A stretch of 9,215 nucleotides of DNA from an uncultured archaeon. GTDB lineage: Archaea > Iainarchaeota > Iainarchaeia > Iainarchaeales > 0-14-0-20-30-16. The stretch's first letter is position 1. Each line of letters opens with the position of its first letter. Both the position numbers and the translations under genes were made by a program. Positions 1-6,180 of this stretch are shown here, one piece after another. The stretch spans positions 44,704 through 53,918 of the forward strand of contig CAYZSS010000001.1 of the NCBI GenBank assembly GCA_964480435.1, read 5' to 3'. Under the pieces are notes generated by a model. It had not been told where the DNA came from. It was given only the letters and a program-made list of their open reading frames with translations, and searched no databases.

Positions 1-1178
1 ACAATAAACTCATCTTCACCTGAAAAAGTATTCTTTTTTAGATAACCTAAAAATGTTTTTGGCTTATCCAAATGTTCTGAAATCTTTGAACTAATTTCAT
101 CTTCAGTTAGAGAAGTTATATCTTGCGAAAGATTCAATAAAATTGCAATTTGGTTTCTAAATAATATTGTCTTTGTTGTTGCGGAATCATCCCCAAAAAT
201 AAACCCTACAATATAGTTCTTAACCAAATCAGCATTTCCACAGGCACAAACCCCGTCAGCTTTTTTGTTACATTTATCACACCAATTATATGCAATTAAC
301 CTGTCTAACCCTTTTATTGTTCCTGTTATTTTTGTCCTTTCCCCATAAGCCAGCTCAGAAATTGTTTTTGTCGGGATTTCATCATCAGTTAATACCTCAA
401 AAACTTTTTCTGAAAGAGCTATTTTTGCATCAGACGGAACATTTAATTCTAGTTTTTGTCTTCTTCTAACATACGCCCCTTCAATTATTACTGTTTTTCC
501 AACATCTATTTTGTTTATTTCTTCTGCTGCGTCATCCCATGCCGAAGAATTTATGTAGAAACCATCATACAATCTGAAGTTTATTACTTTTGAATTATTA
601 ATTTGCCTTAATTCTCTTTTTGAAACTAATTTTGCTTCTATTTTTACAAAGAAATCTGTTTCTGCCAATTCATTTATTTTTTTCTGTTCGGCATGTATTT
701 CTTTTTCACCAGTAAGTTGAATATCTGAAAAAGAAGTTGTTCCTAAAGAAATTTTATTTTTATATTTATTTACAGATAAGTTTTTACACAAAAGAATAGA
801 CCCTTTTTTTACTTGGCCTGAGTCGATTAATGCTGTATATTTGTCCCATAAAGTAAGATTAACAGAAGTATCGTTTTCCCTCACAATTAACCTAACATAT
901 TTGCTTTTCTTCCCACCTTTTTCATATTCTTTTGCAGGAAATAAATATTCTACTACCGCAAGAACATTTGCAGTTTTCATATTATTATCTATAATGTTAA
1001 GAGGAGTAAGAACAACATCTTTATCGTCTAAACTAACCCCTAATTCTTTAGCTAGAACGTATCCCGCACTATCCTCAGTAAATAAACCAGGATATTTATC
1101 TATTTTTTCCTTAATCTTTGCTTTAATCTCAGCATCAGACAAGTTGCTTTTTGTTTTTAACTGTTCTATTATTGACAT
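1..1178 (-). CDS. Replication protein A / archaeal ssDNA-binding protein (OB-folds plus Cys cluster); C-terminus cut off by the window edge
   Basis: I translated the minus strand by hand. The ATG is the complement of 1176..1178, preceded by GGAGG (complement of 1186..1190) at 7-nt spacing. The frame stays open for 392 codons to base 1, so with no stop in the window it is absent from the ORF track. The N-terminus MSIIEQLKTKSNLSDAEIKAKIKEKIDKYPGLFTEDSAGYVLAKELGV resembles the typical euryarchaeal-type RPA N-terminal module. OB-fold-like blocks follow (VRLIVRENDTSVNLTLWDKYTALIDSGQVKKGSILLCKNLSVNKY and INFRLYDGFYINSSAWDDAAEEINKIDVGKTVIIEGAYV), then a zinc-finger-like CDKCNKKADGVCACGN. Confidence 0.8.
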   Translation of the reverse strand, partial: MSIIEQLKTKSNLSDAEIKAKIKEKIDKYPGLFTEDSAGYVLAKELGVSLDDKDVVLTPLNIIDNNMKTANVLAVVEYLFPAKEYEKGGKKSKYVRLIVRENDTSVNLTLWDKYTALIDSGQVKKGSILLCKNLSVNKYKNKISLGTTSFSDIQLTGEKEIHAEQKKINELAETDFFVKIEAKLVSKRELRQINNSKVINFRLYDGFYINSSAWDDAAEEINKIDVGKTVIIEGAYVRRRQKLELNVPSDAKIALSEKVFEVLTDDEIPTKTISELAYGERTKITGTIKGLDRLIAYNWCDKCNKKADGVCACGNADLVKNYIVGFIFGDDSATTKTILFRNQIAILLNLSQDITSLTEDEISSKISEHLDKPKTFLGYLKKNTFSGEDEFI

Positions 1179-1190
1179 AAGAAAGCCTCC

Positions 1191-1262
1191 AAGATTCAAT
1201 ATTATTATATATTATTAAATATATTATATAGTATACATATATATAAAGGTGTTGGTGAAAAA
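1191..1262. promoter_or_regulatory. Divergent promoter region between RPA (minus) and priS (plus)
   Basis: The stretch is almost pure A/T with several TATA-like runs (tatattatta, atatattatata, tatatataaa). GGTG/GGTGA Shine-Dalgarno-like motifs lie just 5' of the priS ATG at 1263. I cannot place the exact TATA/BRE elements. Confidence 0.4.
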
Positions 1263-2477
1263 ATGATTTTTGATACAGAGCAGTACTTAAGATCACGGTA
1301 CAAGGACTATTATCAGGGGCATTTTGTTATTGCCGATAAACCAGAGAATAGAGAATTCGGCATAGGCGTATTTGGCAAAAAAATATCCAGCAGACACCTG
1401 CATTTTAGAACAAATTACGAATTAAATGATTATTTAAGAAGAGAAACCCCTTTTTATGTTTCTTGCTCAATGGCCTACTATAAAAACCCAGGAGCAAGGC
1501 CTATGCAAGCAAAAGAAATCTTTGGATCTGACCTACTATTTGAATTTGATGCCGACGACTTGCCTACTGAATGCAAAGCTAAACATGATTATTGGTATTG
1601 CCAAAAATGCGACTGTTCAGGAACTGGAAGATTAGAAACCTGCCCAAATTGTAAAGCCAATACAAAAATATTTGATTATATCTGCGATGAATGCATAGAA
1701 GAAGCAAAGAAACAAACAAAGCTACTAATTTCAGTATTAATCTCTGAATTAGGTTTTAAAGAGGAAGAAATATCGATTTCGTTTTCAGGGCATAAGGGTT
1801 ACCACATAAAAATTAAGTCAGATAAAATTTATTCTTTGAATCAGGGTGAAAGAAACGAAATTATTGATTATATTACCAAAACCGGGCTTTCTGCTAAGAA
1901 AATAGGTTACAGATATCCAAAGATTATTATTACAGATCCTCTGCTTAAACAAGACTTTAGGGATTATCTTGAAAAAAATAAAACAAAAGACTTTTTAAAA
2001 TTTGGGCTTGATGCCAATACTGCAAAAAATTTAATAAAAAATAAAGAGGGAGTGATCAGGGCATTTGAAAAAAATGTTGCATTTTCTCTAAGTTTTAGCG
2101 ACAATAAAAGCAAGGAACTTTGGGACAAGATAATGGCCTCATTTTTAGCAAAAATCAAGATGAAGCAAAAACTAAATATTGATGCAAACACTACTGTTGA
2201 TATTTTTAAAATAGTCAGAGTCCCTGAAACAATACATGGCGGATCTGGGCTTATTGCAAAATCAATTAAAATTTCTGAGCTTGATGCCTTTGAGCCATTC
2301 AGAGACGCATATCCTTTTAATAAAAACGGAAACATAAAGATATATATAGAAAAAATGCCAAGATTGAAACTAAATGGCAATTATTATGGACCTTATTTTA
2401 AGGAACCAGTTGATTTGCCAGAAAATATTGCAATATATTTACTAGCCAAGGGGTCTGCTGATGGAATTATCTTATGA
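1263..2477 (+). CDS. priS: DNA primase small (catalytic) subunit PriS, archaeo-eukaryotic primase
   Basis: All three AEP catalytic motifs are visible: LLFEFDADD (DxD), SGHKGYHIKI (sGxxGyH) and VDIFKIVRVPETIHGGSGL (motif III, RxPxSxH). A zinc-knuckle insert, CQKCDCSGTGRLETCPNCKANTKIFDYICDEC, follows the DxD. The C-terminal domain is GINS-B-like (YGPY...LPENIA). Confidence 0.93.
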   Translation: MIFDTEQYLRSRYKDYYQGHFVIADKPENREFGIGVFGKKISSRHLHFRTNYELNDYLRRETPFYVSCSMAYYKNPGARPMQAKEIFGSDLLFEFDADDLPTECKAKHDYWYCQKCDCSGTGRLETCPNCKANTKIFDYICDECIEEAKKQTKLLISVLISELGFKEEEISISFSGHKGYHIKIKSDKIYSLNQGERNEIIDYITKTGLSAKKIGYRYPKIIITDPLLKQDFRDYLEKNKTKDFLKFGLDANTAKNLIKNKEGVIRAFEKNVAFSLSFSDNKSKELWDKIMASFLAKIKMKQKLNIDANTTVDIFKIVRVPETIHGGSGLIAKSIKISELDAFEPFRDAYPFNKNGNIKIYIEKMPRLKLNGNYYGPYFKEPVDLPENIAIYLLAKGSADGIIL

Positions 2478-2991
2478 AATAATTAGAAAAGTTCACAGAC
2501 AGGAACTTAAGGAAACTGATTTAGTAAAATTGCCTGATAATTTCTTTAATGAAATACGGGGCTTTCTTGAAACATTACAAAAAGAAGTCCAAACAAAACA
2601 ATATAGTTTTGAAGATGACGGATTCAGAAAATATATTAATCTTAAAAAAATGATTGATGATATTTTTAATTTAAGATATACTAAGCTAATTAGAAGAGCG
2701 GTATTCTCAGCAAAAAATAACGAAAAAAATATAGATAACTTATCAGGAAAAGAACTTAAGTTATATGATGAATTAATAAAAACAACCTTAAAATATATTG
2801 CTGAATTTAAAACCGAAAAAGACACTGAAGAAGGTAAACAATCAATGATTGAAATAATAAAAGAAATCCCCAAATTTATTGGTACAGATATGGCTGAATA
2901 CGGGCCCTATAATCCAGGAGATAAGGTAAATTTACCAGAAAATATTGCAAAAATATTTATTTCTAAAGAGTTAGGAAAAGAAATCAGTTAA
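2461..2991 (+). CDS. gins51: GINS subunit, Gins51 (Gins15) type, A-domain then B-domain
   Basis: The gene lies directly downstream of priS and overlaps it by 17 nt; priS-gins adjacency is a known conserved archaeal arrangement. The N-terminal half is helical (ELSYEIIRKVHRQELKETDLVKLPDNFFNEIRGFLETLQKE). The C-terminal small domain EYGPYNPGDKVNLPENIAKIFISKELGKEI places the B-domain at the C-terminus, which is the Gins51 order. Confidence 0.75.
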   Translation: MELSYEIIRKVHRQELKETDLVKLPDNFFNEIRGFLETLQKEVQTKQYSFEDDGFRKYINLKKMIDDIFNLRYTKLIRRAVFSAKNNEKNIDNLSGKELKLYDELIKTTLKYIAEFKTEKDTEEGKQSMIEIIKEIPKFIGTDMAEYGPYNPGDKVNLPENIAKIFISKELGKEIS

Positions 2992-3009
2992 ACAAGAGGA
3001 GCGATAATT

Positions 3010-3219
3010 ATGAAAAAAATACACAAGTCAGGATTTGTTGAAGTAGAATGTAAAAAGTGCGGAAGCAAACAACACATGTTTAATAGACCAGCAACTGCAG
3101 TAGTATGCAACAGCTGCGGAGAACCTTTAATTAAACCTTCGGGGTCAAATCCAATTGCTAATGAAAATGCAAAAATAATAAAACCAGCAAAAGAAGAAAA
3201 AAAAATAGAAGGACAATAA
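3010..3219 (+). CDS. rps27e: 30S ribosomal protein S27e
   Basis: The zinc ribbon FVEVECKKCGSKQHMFNRPATAVVCNSCGEPLIKPSG has the C-x2-C...C-x2-C pattern typical of S27e. A GAGGAG Shine-Dalgarno-like motif precedes the ATG. The gene sits upstream of aIF2-alpha, as in most archaea. The C-terminal tail is Lys/Glu-rich. Confidence 0.9.
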   Translation: MKKIHKSGFVEVECKKCGSKQHMFNRPATAVVCNSCGEPLIKPSGSNPIANENAKIIKPAKEEKKIEGQ

Positions 3220-3234
3220 TTAAGACGTGATATT

Positions 3235-4002
3235 ATGGGTTTAGATGATGTAAGACCAAAGGAACTGCTTATCTGCAAAATAGATAAAATTCACCCCTAT
3301 GGTGTAACAGTATCTTTAGAAGAATACCCTGATTTACAAGGTTTTGTACCTTTATCCCAAATAGCAAATCGGTGGATAAAAAATATCAGAAATTTTGTTA
3401 GAGTTGGGCAAATTAAGGTAGGAATAGTATTATCTGTTAACAGAGAAAGAAGACAGATTGACATTTCTTTTTCAAGAGTATCCCCTATAGATGATAGAAA
3501 AAAAATGATTTCCTGGAGAGAAACAAAAAGATCTCAACAACTTCTAGGCAGATTAGCTAAAGAACTTAAAGTAAATTCTGAGACGCTTTGGAATGAAATT
3601 GTACCACCAATATTAGAAAAATATGATTCCGTTACTGACGCATTTAAAGAAATGCTTGAATTAGGGCCAACAGCTGTTAAAGAAGTTCCCGAAAAATACA
3701 GAATTCCTCTTGCTGAAATAATTAAAAAAAGTATGGCCCCAACAAGAAGGGAAGTTATAGAAAATATAGAAATGCAGATTTGTTCGGGTAATGGTCTTAT
3801 GGAAATAAAAGATTTATTTGCAAATATTCCGTCATCAACAGATGTTGAACAAACAGTATCTTACTCTGGCGGAGGAAAGTATCAAATAAAATTTGATGCC
3901 AACAATTACAAAAAAATTGAAAAATTACTTAAAGAAGTCAATGATTATTTAGTTAGCAAAGTAGGTAAAAAAGGAACAATAAACATAAAGAGAAAAGAGT
4001 GA
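3235..4002 (+). CDS. eif2a: Translation initiation factor aIF2 alpha subunit
   Basis: The N-terminal S1/OB domain LLICKIDKIHPYGVTVSLEEYPDLQGFVPLSQIANRWIKNIRNFVRVGQIKVGIVLSVNRERRQIDISFSRVSP matches the aIF2-alpha/eIF2-alpha pattern (hISEva..WvkNIrd.vk.Gq). A helical middle domain and an alpha-beta C-terminal domain follow. Length is 255 aa. Confidence 0.9.
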   Translation: MGLDDVRPKELLICKIDKIHPYGVTVSLEEYPDLQGFVPLSQIANRWIKNIRNFVRVGQIKVGIVLSVNRERRQIDISFSRVSPIDDRKKMISWRETKRSQQLLGRLAKELKVNSETLWNEIVPPILEKYDSVTDAFKEMLELGPTAVKEVPEKYRIPLAEIIKKSMAPTRREVIENIEMQICSGNGLMEIKDLFANIPSSTDVEQTVSYSGGGKYQIKFDANNYKKIEKLLKEVNDYLVSKVGKKGTINIKRKE

Positions 4003-4781
4003 TTTTTTTGGCAATAATCCACAATCTAAAAGATGAAAAACTTAACAACCCAATCTTATTGGTTGGGCTGCCCGGAATTGGATTGGTAGGAAAAATTGCT
4101 ATCGATTTTGTTGATGAAAAACTAAAAGGAAAAAAAATCGGAACTATTTATTCAACTCATTTTACTCCAGCAGGAATAACTTTTAAGGGAGAAATTGGCT
4201 TAATACAAGACGAATTTTCAGTAATAAAAACAAAAAAGAGAGACATAGTTTTGCTTAAGGGCTTAGCACAACCATCTTTGTTTGAAAACGTTTATCCTGA
4301 AGCCCATTATGAATTTGCAAAAGAAATAATAAAAATTGCAAAAAAATTAGGAATAAAAGAAATTTATACTTTTGGTGGCTTAGATATTGCAGATAGCAGA
4401 ATTACTAAAGAGCCTGAATTATTTTTTGTAACTACAAATTTAAAGAAAAAAGATCCAAAAAAATATGCAAAATTATTAACTGATGAAATTACAATTTCCG
4501 GAGTTTCAGGACTTACTCTGGGTTTTGCTAAAGAAGAAGGAATACAGGGGTATTGTATTTTATCTGAAACAACATCAAAATTAATTTACGGGGATTTTGA
4601 ATCTGCAAAAAAAATGCTTGAGTTTATTACAAAATATTTTGAATTAAAACTTGATTTAAAAGATATTGATAAAGAAGCAAAAAAGATATCCAAAGCATTC
4701 AAAGAAGTTCAGAATGCATTAAAACAACTATCTAAAGAAGAAGTTCCAGAGTCAAATAGCAATCCAAGCTATGTTAGATAA
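3999..4781 (+). CDS. PAC2-family protein (archaeal proteasome assembly chaperone-like)
   Basis: The N-terminal signature NPILLVGLPGIGLVGKIAIDFV is typical of the PAC2 family. There is a C-terminal coiled-coil tail. The gene sits where PAC2 is found in the conserved S27e-aIF2alpha-(Nop10)-PAC2 cluster. The GTG start at 3999 overlaps the eif2a TGA stop (GTGA); an in-frame TTG at 4008 is an alternative start. Confidence 0.8.
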   Translation: MIFLAIIHNLKDEKLNNPILLVGLPGIGLVGKIAIDFVDEKLKGKKIGTIYSTHFTPAGITFKGEIGLIQDEFSVIKTKKRDIVLLKGLAQPSLFENVYPEAHYEFAKEIIKIAKKLGIKEIYTFGGLDIADSRITKEPELFFVTTNLKKKDPKKYAKLLTDEITISGVSGLTLGFAKEEGIQGYCILSETTSKLIYGDFESAKKMLEFITKYFELKLDLKDIDKEAKKISKAFKEVQNALKQLSKEEVPESNSNPSYVR

Positions 4782-4826
4782 CTATTTTTTAGAAATCAAT
4801 ATATTTTCTTTTAGTTTATTTATATT

Positions 4827-5339
4827 ATGCCTCTAAAAAAAAGACCTATTTTTGTTCACTTAGGAAATGTTGGAGACCCAGAGTTTTTTAGAAGAGGTCC
4901 CGGCGCAGATAAAACTCGTAAATTTGCAGAAAGATTTCCACAAGTGGATTTTGTAGGAGTGGATTTAAGAGCTGTAGAACCAACTACTAAAAACTGGGTG
5001 CAACACCAAGCTGATTTTTTAACTGGTTTACAAAAATTAGAAGATAATTCGGTAAATCACATAAGTTCTGATCTTGCTTTAGGATATTATGACGCCAAAG
5101 GAGCCTGTGATGACTTTTGGAAGTATACTGAACAAGTGCTTAAATTAGCAAAAAGAAAACTCAAACAGGGCGGAAAATTAAGAATCTCAGTATCAGAAAA
5201 CAGGAAAAAGATTATTTTATTAATTAAGCAATTAGGCTTCAGCAGCATAGAAGTAAGACCATTTAGCAGAGAAGAATATAACAGAACCAGCTGGACACAG
5301 CAATTGCCAGGCCTTATTCAAATTACTGCAATCAAATAA
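4827..5339 (+). CDS. Class I SAM-dependent methyltransferase-like protein, family unassigned
   Basis: Motif order is Rossmann-MTase-like: FVHLGNVGDP (degenerate motif I), VDFVGVDL (acidic end of beta-2), ADFLTGL, ISSDLALGY and LKQGGKLRISV. The layout loosely resembles TrmB-like enzymes, but I cannot assign a family from sequence alone. Confidence 0.45.
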   Translation: MPLKKRPIFVHLGNVGDPEFFRRGPGADKTRKFAERFPQVDFVGVDLRAVEPTTKNWVQHQADFLTGLQKLEDNSVNHISSDLALGYYDAKGACDDFWKYTEQVLKLAKRKLKQGGKLRISVSENRKKIILLIKQLGFSSIEVRPFSREEYNRTSWTQQLPGLIQITAIK

Positions 5340-5345
5340 TACCAA

Positions 5346-5367
5346 TATGGACTCGCAGGGACTCGAA
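5346..5367 (-). repeat. Orphan copy of the tRNA-Arg 3' end (T-loop through discriminator plus 2 nt); perfect 22-bp direct repeat of 5435..5456
   Basis: The string tatggactcgcagggactcgaa occurs identically at 5346..5367 and 5435..5456. On the minus strand it reads TTCGAGTCCCTGCGAGTCCATA, which is tRNA positions 54-73 plus TA. The sequence 5' of the orphan copy (AAAAGGCTC) cannot form the T-stem, so this is not a second functional tRNA. Confidence 0.85.
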
Positions 5368-5436
5368 GAGCCTTTTAAAAAAGGTTCGCGAAAAAGAGAG
5401 TCCGCTTCGCAAGTGGCAGTTCTAAAGAACCGCTTA

Positions 5437-5509
5437 TGGACTCGCAGGGACTCGAACCCCGATGAGCAGGTCCGAAGCCTGCCAGGTTATCCAATTACCT
5501 CACGAGTCC
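5437..5509 (-). tRNA. tRNA-Arg (anticodon UCG), 73 nt, no intron, CCA not encoded
   Basis: Hand-folded cloverleaf of the minus strand: acceptor GGACTCG/CGAGTCC (7 bp); TG; D-stem AGGT/ACCT with loop AATTGGATA; G26; anticodon stem GCAGG/CCTGC with loop CT-TCG-GA; variable TCAT; T-stem CGGGG/CCCTG (one G-U) with loop TTCGAGT; discriminator A. An AT-rich TATA-like sequence lies just upstream, around 5518..5540. Confidence 0.88.
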
Positions 5510-5602
5510 ATTATCTTGGATATATTATATAAATCTTTAGATACAAACAAATATATACTAAATTCTAAAAAAAGGTGATAATTTTATGGTAAGTTTGAAT
5601 TT

Positions 5603-5806
5603 ATGCAAAAAATCGCAAAAATATCAAACAGACCTTTAAATATTGGATGTGATTTAATGGTAGTATGCAGTTCATGTAATAAAAAATCAGAATCTTATGT
5701 TAAATTTAAATGTCCATCATGCAATGAAACAATGTACCGTTGTGAACATTGTAGGGCACTAAGCAATGCTTTTAAGTGTAAAAATTGTGGATTAGAATTA
5801 CCTTAG
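5603..5806 (+). CDS. Double zinc-ribbon protein (COG2888-type, the small Zn-ribbon gene that precedes aEF-1beta in archaea)
   Basis: Four CxxC pairs are present: CSSCNKKSESYVKFKCPSCNETMYRCEHCRALSNAFKCKNCGLELP. The gene lies immediately upstream of aEF-1beta, the conserved archaeal context. The start is uncertain: the ATG at 5657 (MVVCSSC..., 49 aa) gives the short N-terminus typical of this family. Confidence 0.7.
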   Translation: MQKIAKISNRPLNIGCDLMVVCSSCNKKSESYVKFKCPSCNETMYRCEHCRALSNAFKCKNCGLELP

Positions 5807-5835
5807 AACAAAATATACAAAAAGAGGGATAAATA

Positions 5836-6096
5836 ATGGGTGAAGTTTTAGCAGTTTATAAAATAAGTGTAGAGGATCAAGACAAACTTGACGAAGTACA
5901 CGAAAATCTAAAAAAAATAAAATCTGGAAAATATGATAAGAGCCAAATAGAAGAGCTATTCTTCGGGATAAAAATAATAAAGATTAGTTTTATTATTCCA
6001 GACAAGGTTGATGGAGCAATAACAGCTTTAGAAAAAGAAATTGAAAGCGTTCCTGATATTACAAATATAGACAACGAAGGAATTACTTTATTGTAA
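5836..6096 (+). CDS. ef1b: Elongation factor aEF-1 beta
   Basis: At 86 aa it has the right length. The pattern MGEVLAVYKI...IEELFFGIKIIKISFIIPDKVDGAITALEKEIESVPDITNIDNEGITLL matches archaeal aEF-1beta (MgdVva.iKvmP...iAFGL.al....vv.d..g..d..ee.l..iegV.s.ev..v.rl). A GAGGG Shine-Dalgarno-like motif lies upstream. Confidence 0.85.
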   Translation: MGEVLAVYKISVEDQDKLDEVHENLKKIKSGKYDKSQIEELFFGIKIIKISFIIPDKVDGAITALEKEIESVPDITNIDNEGITLL

Positions 6097-6180
6097 AACC
6101 TTTACTTTTTATTTTTATTACAATAAAGATTTATACTTTTTCTAATTATTTTCTAATATAGTTTAAAAAGGCGCATATTT

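Noticed and set aside
841-1218. 125-aa plus-strand ORF with a TTG start
   Set aside because: It lies entirely antisense to the well-supported RPA coding sequence. Its composition is low-complexity and Leu/Ser/Phe/Ile-rich, typical of shadow ORFs in AT-rich genes.
1179-1262. Possible replication origin in the AT-rich RPA/priS divergent spacer, given the replication-gene context
   Set aside because: I found no ORB-like repeats, no flanking orc1/cdc6 gene, and only 84 bp of sequence, which ordinary TATA-rich bidirectional promoters explain.
3197-3205. A9 homopolymer in the S27e C-terminal tail as a slippage or phase-variation site
   Set aside because: Long A-runs encoding Lys are frequent throughout this AT-rich window (for example in eif2a and PAC2). 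Nothing suggests a frameshifted alternative product.
1964-3278. Minus-strand ORFs 1964..2380, 2493..2873 and 2988..3278
   Set aside because: They are antisense shadows of priS, gins, S27e and eif2a. They have hydrophobic, low-complexity Ser/Phe/Ile/Leu-rich translations and no start context, while the sense-strand products carry clear family motifs.
4764-4781. HbYX proteasome-activating motif at the PAC2 C-terminus (…NPSYVR)
   Set aside because: Tyr is third from the end rather than penultimate, so the motif is not met. I make no claim.
5107-5131. C/D-box sRNA-like GTGATGA ... CTGA inside the methyltransferase gene
   Set aside because: There are no C'/D boxes or terminal stem at the required spacing, and it lies inside a coding frame. 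Similar UGAUGA strings elsewhere (for example 3243 and 6354) are also coding and lack partner boxes.
5346-5436. A second tRNA gene, a split-tRNA 3' half (Nanoarchaeum style) or an intron-containing tRNA that uses the orphan 3' copy
   Set aside because: The bases 5' of the orphan T-loop (AAAAGGCTC) cannot pair with CCCTG to form a T-stem. I could fold no D-arm or anticodon arm in the 67-bp spacer. The only acceptor-like complement is a 6-mer (GGACTC). No bulge-helix-bulge motif was evident.
4782-5509. The methyltransferase gene as cargo of a tRNA-integrated element
   Set aside because: The orphan att-like copy lies between the tRNA and the MTase gene, so the MTase is outside the repeat-bounded segment. 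No third copy of the 22-mer occurs upstream of the MTase (4782..4826) or elsewhere in the window, and no integrase is present.
5347-5532. 61-aa plus-strand ORF in the supplied track (MDSQGLEEPF...RRDSNPDEQ...)
   Set aside because: It is the antisense read-through of tRNA-Arg and its duplicated 3' end. The repeated MDSQGLE/WTRRDSNP peptides come from the GC-rich tRNA arms. It has no Shine-Dalgarno motif and no protein-like features.
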